Source: Promethearchaeota archaeon (GTDB taxonomy: Archaea; Asgardarchaeota; Lokiarchaeia; Sigyniarchaeales; SOKP01). From it: 32,829 bases of DNA. Below are positions 28,301 to 32,829 of this stretch, piece after piece. The notes beneath the pieces were generated by a model, which ran no database searches, was not told the DNA's origin, and worked only from the letters and a program-made list of their open reading frames with translations. Position numbers and translations under genes: made by a program. Numbering within the stretch: position 1 is the stretch's first letter; each line of letters opens with the position of its first letter. Location of the stretch: the NCBI GenBank assembly GCA_019057795.1, contig JAHLWS010000066.1, forward strand, positions 1 to 32,829, given 5' to 3'.

Positions 28301-28384
28301 GAAATAGGTTGGATTACTGAAGACTGGGTTGATAACATAATACAAGACATAAGGCAAAAATTAGAAGATCGAGATTTACTGTAA
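22313..28384 (+). CDS. Giant protein (probably 5'-truncated) with Dx[DN]xDG Ca-binding motifs, hydrophobic helices and HTH/HNH-like C-terminus; candidate polymorphic toxin
   Basis: 2023-aa ORF; DIDMDGEPD, DVNKDGKID, DNDRDGYAD, DSDLNGFYE; several TM-like segments; RHHIIFNK....DLILLGRLH near the C-terminus; TTG start inside a frame that already reads QREFFSEL. Confidence 0.7.
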   Translation: MPHLIAQNALQSTQRSSELFDNFEIYQDESSIIYVADIDMDGEPDYKQTIDVNKDGKIDVIRYGLDDPQGSGEIYWHTVIQDFESREINVKQELEEEKRTEWFDIDDRIFAYYDFNVLKLLAIVLTLPLVSLHITKMMLPDVDYWAQKSTQQLVQKQEYVKSSFYSVTIDNDRDGYADSQINYEKTDVNVYYDISEHKKTIIAAKHQDIFTFLDDYITKSIDSLFTGSRDDPIFNDQLNKTHLESSNFSSCNSYTQKNADVLRATYRKFSEYTLSSYTDTLERSTLTVIDWNEGEIEEQRIYTDDFENGEIENADDFFSSLSAEHSVTDIDTGQEVTVDFDSEFPYTHPANISWDCETWGPDNVPTKYDSLQVIREGYYYTTNLFEKEIIIRIPNRFSLYNDFGKVSKFSVENGGWVEFKVKGMLITPPDGQVYYTSDVDSFVSDSAKIDGHYFYVDSDLNGFYETVYILDDYNYIDSSGTPIYTVMSIGMNYDGIHDFVPYERLYDRELVVSNFETSTQESVMFGSDWIYNFRHLKDIDLLEETESRLEEYNLKPKDQLFEIYKLVQTSEQNSKFSELFYEIRHKTYSTAWEQYKKQLVEDIAQQVFMSVTAALLSAAVEAILTPAGKPIAILTYMGVYTLMTKFYVDIDLAKAEAEKRSQTFYPDSSETREPTSLNEKNHLDRVLGDSMAAALIGHPGGYYTEVSGGEPGNTYTGQLLVSPPNLLRTLHSFEGFLDLLWENLWNMGESDPDVYAALDFDDINLDYFLLTSELPSYNQNPYYTYENADGIFDLYNMYALNTLGYLETQVSQASSGQYDAIRATCIDGRPQYEFINSTLYQAVRPQQVLYRPIVLSQERYDQLQPAPGSLVINARCKDYSNTYGIDPYAMSDVEREVYEAKVPLNDNGFEYPIRYISIDVVKFNIYTGVSYFVKGLIVNETDYSIDLGNLYFAKSIEAIVSEKDSGFEDFLSYALAHELIESKIYFNVHIVFDMFIPDTTEESSRLALAQATSHTIMDYFNQYVFAEVSANSISEITYTETMTFWSTLISAPLVYFGSWAVKGTEAMMGEASAKLVKMGLMTKGQAIKQMLLQSFASMALSPIKEVFEEIIKDGFTEALAENLVDMAGLTDDFGFWVSSFMTSRRETTGALGQLALGDASVAFGDANLMTKLSLISARISGDANAIAEITASVKQNVAQKQADADAKRQQMKSWQKLFSSGFFKGLLMVLPAVLYGSFSFAALKGLNNMIDSIEGAVPKAYARRISQVQAYRKGKLQNMVGTQDSLVNNMQEQMKKPAQLEAAKPEINEKHKDQQNFEKENPPLAALFSKGNPNPKTETRKDLANKFNTIAFEGYFNEWIEGYIFSDERFKAFKSKFIQIQRNYREIGFQEAEKDAINVIKEALAIDKFNLRFLNMFGVEFYDPDFVLIGAPGPSARSEGSRLWKQKAFRAKMTTLDKVNEIKSYFDVSGDYAMYVKSRDGQRINIPVDSVTILADWLTDHRHSIDSKIYVAPDSMKIEEFHTYDNWEDHPTYVFFQDMKALLTGKDPNDVKDEGMVQLLGQSRGIFLTARQDLQRGTNYYFDDANLYKWLFVIKEDQQFKKVRNSFEALVMNYRRANGLTLQDLDRDTLLGELRLAIQYESGFVTTRGPSILKLSEFFYLTPNQKVLKGPLEAATISKLFYGLFRRSSGEFILKNLGKSRISDDMRAPLAVKKALTAINKYCLSKGYFSNVEPLQKFVMLGAWHLSNIHGGGRYLVTGQIANLLNIKRGNIINYLSGKNKNIRDSDIINNLEALIDILSETIGKRQNEFLMQTYNDFYTINAGIFPGVHGIRSSGYSDDWNSPDIVAKHIVELCLRQGGLMPAGRRGEGADSYDVEDPKNRHHIIFNKFSSDVMDLILLGRLHYKFTYSEVKGDLDYYTRMRYMRDSFEEARPPSSWSKRLQDKYIERLKEFVTEWESTKSSIRYTHTRTDGKVEKVDFIKIKYGGKTYNLKGMIEIGWITEDWVDNIIQDIRQKLEDRDLL

Positions 28385-28451
28385 TATCGCAAATTATTAA
28401 ATCTTGGTACAGCTATGATTAAATTATAAACAATTATTTTTTTATTTAACA

Positions 28452-29312
28452 ATGAAAAACATAAGAGAATTAGGTATTGAGATTGAAGAGGAATTAAATC
28501 CACAAGAATACTACAACCTCTTGGAATTAGACGATTTGATAAGCAGCAATCTCGAAAAGAAGCGTGGCGATAATTCGAGTTCGATCTATCTTGAGATTGA
28601 AGGTGGGAATATTGTAAAGCTTAGCTTGGTTTCGTGTCGTCTCTCCTCGGTCCCTCGTGTTGTTTGGAAATTTGTAATGTTAAAAGATTTAGATTTGGAT
28701 AGAAACGCTCTCGAATCTATTCCCGATTCAATTGAGAATTTGAAATCCTTAGAAATTCTAAGCATTTCCTATAATAAGCTAGGAGCTTTTCCTGAGTCAT
28801 TAACAAAGATTGCATCTCTGCAGAGCCTTAATTTAGCACACAATAAGATCTTTTCAATGCCAAGTTCGATTAGCAATTTAAGACAACTACACCATTTAGC
28901 TTTGGACGATAATTGTCTTATAACGCTACCAGAGTCAATAGGAGAATTAAAGTCTTTAAAGACTTTCCGCTTGAGAGATAACAAACTAGAATATCTACCA
29001 GAAAGTTTTGGAAGTCTAGAAAATTTAAAAGAATCTACTCTTAGAAATAATCGTTTAAAGAAAATTCCCGCATCGTTTGGAAATCTAAAAAAGATAAACT
29101 ACTTAGATTTAGCTAATAATCGTTTGGAGCAATTACCATCTTCAACTGGAGGGATGGAGTCATTGAGATCTTTTGGTTTAGACGGAAACAAGTTAAAGGA
29201 ATTACCTAACTCTATAGGTGAACTTAGGTCCTTAGAAAAGATACAATTAAAAGGAAACCCTTTAGAATCAATTCCAGACATTTTATTGAAGAAAACTATT
29301 AGTATCGTATAA
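28452..29312 (+). CDS. Leucine-rich repeat protein
   Basis: About 9-10 23-aa LxxLxLxxNxLxxLPxSIGxL repeats. Confidence 0.92.
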   Translation: MKNIRELGIEIEEELNPQEYYNLLELDDLISSNLEKKRGDNSSSIYLEIEGGNIVKLSLVSCRLSSVPRVVWKFVMLKDLDLDRNALESIPDSIENLKSLEILSISYNKLGAFPESLTKIASLQSLNLAHNKIFSMPSSISNLRQLHHLALDDNCLITLPESIGELKSLKTFRLRDNKLEYLPESFGSLENLKESTLRNNRLKKIPASFGNLKKINYLDLANNRLEQLPSSTGGMESLRSFGLDGNKLKELPNSIGELRSLEKIQLKGNPLESIPDILLKKTISIV

Positions 29313-29479
29313 ACCTAATTCCAATAATATTAACTAACAAATTACTCAAAATTATTCTGAATATTCTATATAATAAAATTTATACTCCAATTTTAAAACT
29401 GTAAATTTTTTTAAGTTAAGCTAACTTTCTTTAGATCTGTATTATTCAAACATAATGCAAAATTGCCAAGGTTGATTTT

Positions 29480-30271
29480 ATGAATTGTCCTCAATGTGGC
29501 GATCCTGCCAGTGAAGATCAGAAATTTTGTGAAAAATGTGGAACTGAATTACGAACCGTTAAGAGTTTACTTGAAAAGCAAAAGCAAATTAGTTTAACTT
29601 CAGTTTCAAAGCAAGCGCCTTCGGACAGCGTTAAACTATTTAGTTTGAACCGAAATCTCTACATAATTAAAGAGCATATGTGGGATATGGGCTATGGCGA
29701 TATTATGGATGAACAGGGTAAACTTATAGGTCGCATGAATCGAATTCTTTTTAGCATAAGGAGAAGAGTTGAACTTCAAGAACTTGATGGAACTGTAGTA
29801 GCCACAATTCATAGTAAAATAGTTTCTGCTCGAGGGGCTAATGATATAAAAGATATTAATGGAGAATTAATCGCAAGAATTAAGAAGAAAATATTTACCT
29901 TTTTTAGATCAAAATTCTTTTTGGAAGATAACATGGGAAATAGATGGTACGAGGCTGAAGGGGATTTTTTTGGCTGGTCGTTTAAAATCTATGAAGTTGC
30001 TTCAAGAAAATTGGTAGCGGAAATAGAAAAAGCTGATAGATGGAGAGATATTTTTTTAGGGGGATTATTTGATTTTGCGGACACTTACGCTTTGAAAATC
30101 CTAGATAACGAAACAGACAGAAGGATACTAGTTGGATTTGTTCTATCAATAGATAATGTAATGCATGACTCTGCGGGTAGCGGACCAATGATGGGTCGTG
30201 GAAGATTCCCTGGTCCTTACCGTCGTGGAAGGTTCCCTGGTTCTTTTGGAGCTACACGCCGTCGTCGCTAA
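29480..30271 (+). CDS. Zinc-ribbon + LURP-one/scramblase (Tubby-C-like) protein with RG-rich tail
   Basis: CPQCG..QKFCEKCG; YIIKE..W....DI.DE.G; GDFFG..F.I; DTYAL.I...DRRIL.GFVLSID. Confidence 0.8.
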   Translation: MNCPQCGDPASEDQKFCEKCGTELRTVKSLLEKQKQISLTSVSKQAPSDSVKLFSLNRNLYIIKEHMWDMGYGDIMDEQGKLIGRMNRILFSIRRRVELQELDGTVVATIHSKIVSARGANDIKDINGELIARIKKKIFTFFRSKFFLEDNMGNRWYEAEGDFFGWSFKIYEVASRKLVAEIEKADRWRDIFLGGLFDFADTYALKILDNETDRRILVGFVLSIDNVMHDSAGSGPMMGRGRFPGPYRRGRFPGSFGATRRRR

Positions 30272-30326
30272 CTAACTTATTCAATGTTATAACTAATTTT
30301 TTCTTTTCTTATAGTTTAAAATTATT

Positions 30327-30818
30327 TTATAATTCCTTTCCGCATTTTTTACAAAATTTCCAACTAATATCAATAATTTCTCCACAATATTCACATTTAT
30401 TAGAAACTGGTTCGGTTTCCTTATCGTTCGGAGAGGAAGCCATATTTTTAATATTGATAGTTTTTATTATAGTTGCATTTATCAATTCACTCAAAGTAAT
30501 ACTCTGTTGCCTACCTATACTTCTATTATTTGCCATTGTAATGGAGAACAAATGATCGTCTCTGGTTTCAACTACTACAACAAATATTTTTTGAATTTTC
30601 GCGCTATACGCTTTTTTGATGCTTTCTAAAGGAATTATAAAACCATCCTTGAAATCATCAATTGAGGAACCGATTTCTGTTAAACTTATATTTGATTTTT
30701 TTACTAGTGATAACTTTTGTTCGGTCAATAGGATTTTTCCAAATTCCATTTGAAATTGCCACTTCTTTTCCACTTCTCCTTCACAAAAATATCCTTCAGA
30801 AACATAAACTAACGACAT
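30327..30818 (-). CDS. PH-like domain protein with C-terminal zinc ribbon
   Basis: GKILLTEQKLSL...IPLESI PH/GRAM-like pattern; CEYCG..WKFCKKCGKEL. Confidence 0.65.
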   Translation of the reverse strand: MSLVYVSEGYFCEGEVEKKWQFQMEFGKILLTEQKLSLVKKSNISLTEIGSSIDDFKDGFIIPLESIKKAYSAKIQKIFVVVVETRDDHLFSITMANNRSIGRQQSITLSELINATIIKTINIKNMASSPNDKETEPVSNKCEYCGEIIDISWKFCKKCGKEL

Positions 30819-31033
30819 GGTAACTTTAATTCATTTTTTTTATTATAAATTAAATAAATTCAATCCTTTATTTTTTTATTTATTTTATTTATTATTTTTT
30901 TTATTTATCTGTGACTCTTGCTAGTATAATCGATTGAGTCCTTATTATAAATAATAGTTGCAAAAATTTTTATAGCCGGACTTTGATTAATACATTAAAA
31001 TCTTTAAATAATAATATTTGAAAATCTAACAGA

Positions 31034-31573
31034 GTGAAAAAAATGTCGTTACTAAATACTAGAGAATTTATCCTTAAAGAAAAAATGATTTCTTTAACTG
31101 ATAAAGGCAAAATATTTAATATGAATAACGAAGAAATTGGTAGCTTTCGAGGAAAACTCATAAAAATCGGTAATACGTACCGTATAAGAGACCTTGACGA
31201 TGTTCCTGTGTTAACCGTTCAAGAAAAAATAATTTCTTTGCGTTCAAGTTATAAGTTCTTTAAAGGTGGTGAAAAAGACGACGATCAATTTATCGGAAAA
31301 CTAAAAAGAAAACTTGTTGCAATTAAACCGAGCTATTGGTTCGAGGATCCAAACGAAAATAGAGTCTTTACAATGAAAGGAAATGTATTCACCTTGAAGT
31401 TCAAGATTTTGAAAGATGGAAAACAAGTTGCCGAAATTAGTAAAAAATTATGGAAGAGTCTACTAAGAGGGCATTACGGAGTAAAAATGTCGCCCGATTT
31501 AGACGACGACTCCGCTATGTTAATATTAGGAATTGTGCTAATGCTTCATCACGAAAAAGAAGAAAATCGATAA
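31034..31573 (+). CDS. LURP-one/scramblase family protein
   Basis: FILKEKMISLTD; MKGNVF...F.I.KDGKQVAEISKK.W....HYGV; start may be the ATG at 31043. Confidence 0.8.
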   Translation: MKKMSLLNTREFILKEKMISLTDKGKIFNMNNEEIGSFRGKLIKIGNTYRIRDLDDVPVLTVQEKIISLRSSYKFFKGGEKDDDQFIGKLKRKLVAIKPSYWFEDPNENRVFTMKGNVFTLKFKILKDGKQVAEISKKLWKSLLRGHYGVKMSPDLDDDSAMLILGIVLMLHHEKEENR

Positions 31574-31707
31574 TAAATAAATTTTAAATTTTCATTAAAC
31601 CACTTTTTTTATTTTTTTTTTTTTATTTTTTTAACTCAATTTATTTAACTTAAATTTAAAAGGATATATTGTCTTAATTTGATTAAAATTGTAAAATTTA
31701 TAATTGG

Positions 31708-32394
31708 GTGAGAAATATTCCAAATTTTTGTTCTAATTGTGGTGTTGAATTTAAGGACCTAAACCAAAGATTTTGCCAGGAGTGTGGTTTTGAATTAACT
31801 TCAGTATCCACAAGTGAGGGCATCGTTGAGCAGAAGGCTCCAATATTAACAGGCTTGTTTGATATCAGCAGGAAATACTATATTTTGAAGGAAAAGTACT
31901 GGGATTGGGGTTCGGGCGATATCCTCGATGAGAATAATCAAATAATAGGAAGAATGCATAGAATAATCTTTAGTATTCGTAAGAGAGTAGAGCTCCAAGA
32001 GATCGATGGGACGATCGCAGCAACTATTCATGCTAAACTAATTTCGGCAAGAGGTGCGCAAGATTTAAAAACTCCAGAGGGTGTGTTAATCGCAAGGATT
32101 AAGAAAAAAATTCTATCGTTTTTTCGTCCTGTGTTCTATTTAGAAGCGCCTGATGGAACTCAATGGTTTCGAGCGCAAGGAAAATTTATGGGATTTAGTT
32201 TCAAAGTTTACGACGTAACAACGGGAAATATTGTCGCCGAAATTGAAAAAGCTGATAAATGGAGAGACATCTTTTTAGGTGGTATGTTTGATTTTAAAGA
32301 TACATACGCTTTAAAAATCTTAGATAACAAAACAGACCGAAGGATACTCTTGGGATTTGTTCTTTCAATAGACAACGTCTTACACGATCGATGA
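31708..32394 (+). CDS. Zinc-ribbon + LURP-one/scramblase family protein (paralogue of 29480)
   Basis: FCSNCG..RFCQECG; C-terminal 52-aa block is 46/52 identical to the 29480 protein. Confidence 0.8.
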   Translation: MRNIPNFCSNCGVEFKDLNQRFCQECGFELTSVSTSEGIVEQKAPILTGLFDISRKYYILKEKYWDWGSGDILDENNQIIGRMHRIIFSIRKRVELQEIDGTIAATIHAKLISARGAQDLKTPEGVLIARIKKKILSFFRPVFYLEAPDGTQWFRAQGKFMGFSFKVYDVTTGNIVAEIEKADKWRDIFLGGMFDFKDTYALKILDNKTDRRILLGFVLSIDNVLHDR

Positions 32395-32411
32395 TAATTA
32401 AGATGGTGATA

Positions 32412-32449
32412 CACCCATAAGAATTGGGTGAAGATTTTATTTTTTTTTT
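32412..32449 (+). terminator. Hairpin plus T-tract terminator
   Basis: CACCCA-taagaat-TGGGTG followed by a poly-T run after the 31708 gene. Confidence 0.45.
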
Positions 32450-32559
32450 ATCATTCTTAAGTTTACAAGTTAAGTATCAAAAAAAAAGTTTTTCTTAATG
32501 TAACTAACGACATTAATGAATTTAAAGACGTTGAAGAAAAAAGTAGGGGGGATGAATTC

Positions 32560-32829
32560 TTAATTTGGCAGTAGACGCCTTAAATTTAGCGTTTTGAAAA
32601 GCTTTGAAGCGCTTTTAGGAATTTTTTCAAGTTTCCAAAGAGGTTTTGCTTTTGGGCTGGTTAAAATTTTAAGAGCGTGTATTGCTCTTAGTTCGGAAAG
32701 AAGTTCGTTGTAACTCGTAGGTACCGATTTTCTCGCCAATTTCAACCTGAGTAGCGATAATAAAAGCAAGGAAATCACGCACAAGAACACATGAGCCCGG
32801 ACAGAGGAGTCTGCGTGGTGATACATCGG
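32560..32829 (-). mobile_element. C-terminus of an IS1634-like (IS4-clan DDE) transposase, runs off the window
   Basis: PMYHHADSSVRAHVFLCVISLLL..L matches the P.yH....rAHvflc motif. Confidence 0.75.

Noticed and set aside
1-32829. CRISPR array, tRNA/rRNA, reverse transcriptase, integrase
   Set aside because: No repeat-spacer periodicity or diagnostic motifs seen by eye

Overview
Very AT-rich archaeal DNA, most likely an Asgard archaeon of the Lokiarchaeia type. This is inferred from archaeal BRE/TATA promoters, a stand-alone MtrA, an inactivated RadA paralogue, an LRR protein, many zinc-ribbon fusions and a surface protein ending in an IPGF-TM-basic tail. The window is an accessory mosaic. 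(i) About 1-13 kb is a defence island: a Pycsar-effector-like 3-TM protein, a GIY-YIG-like mini-protein, and a co-oriented operon of a 2025-aa nuclease-STAND (Avs/NLR-like) protein, a gamma-glutamylcyclotransferase-like protein and an HNH nuclease. Fragments of two glycyl-radical enzyme genes (PFL-family, NrdD) bracket it. (ii) About 14.25-17.1 kb holds a ~320-nt highly structured candidate ncRNA with its own promoter and terminator, a Whirly-like protein, a hypothetical protein and a dead RadA paralogue. (iii) A UDG-superfamily gene, MtrA, a TusA-like gene, virus-like small ORFs and a surface protein follow. (iv) A 5'-truncated giant Ca-binding protein has a compositionally distinct HTH/HNH-like C-terminus and is followed by an LRR gene (candidate polymorphic toxin/immunity pair). 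(v) Three LURP-one/scramblase-like paralogues and the end of an IS1634-like transposase close the window. All family assignments come from motif recognition by eye; no searches were run.
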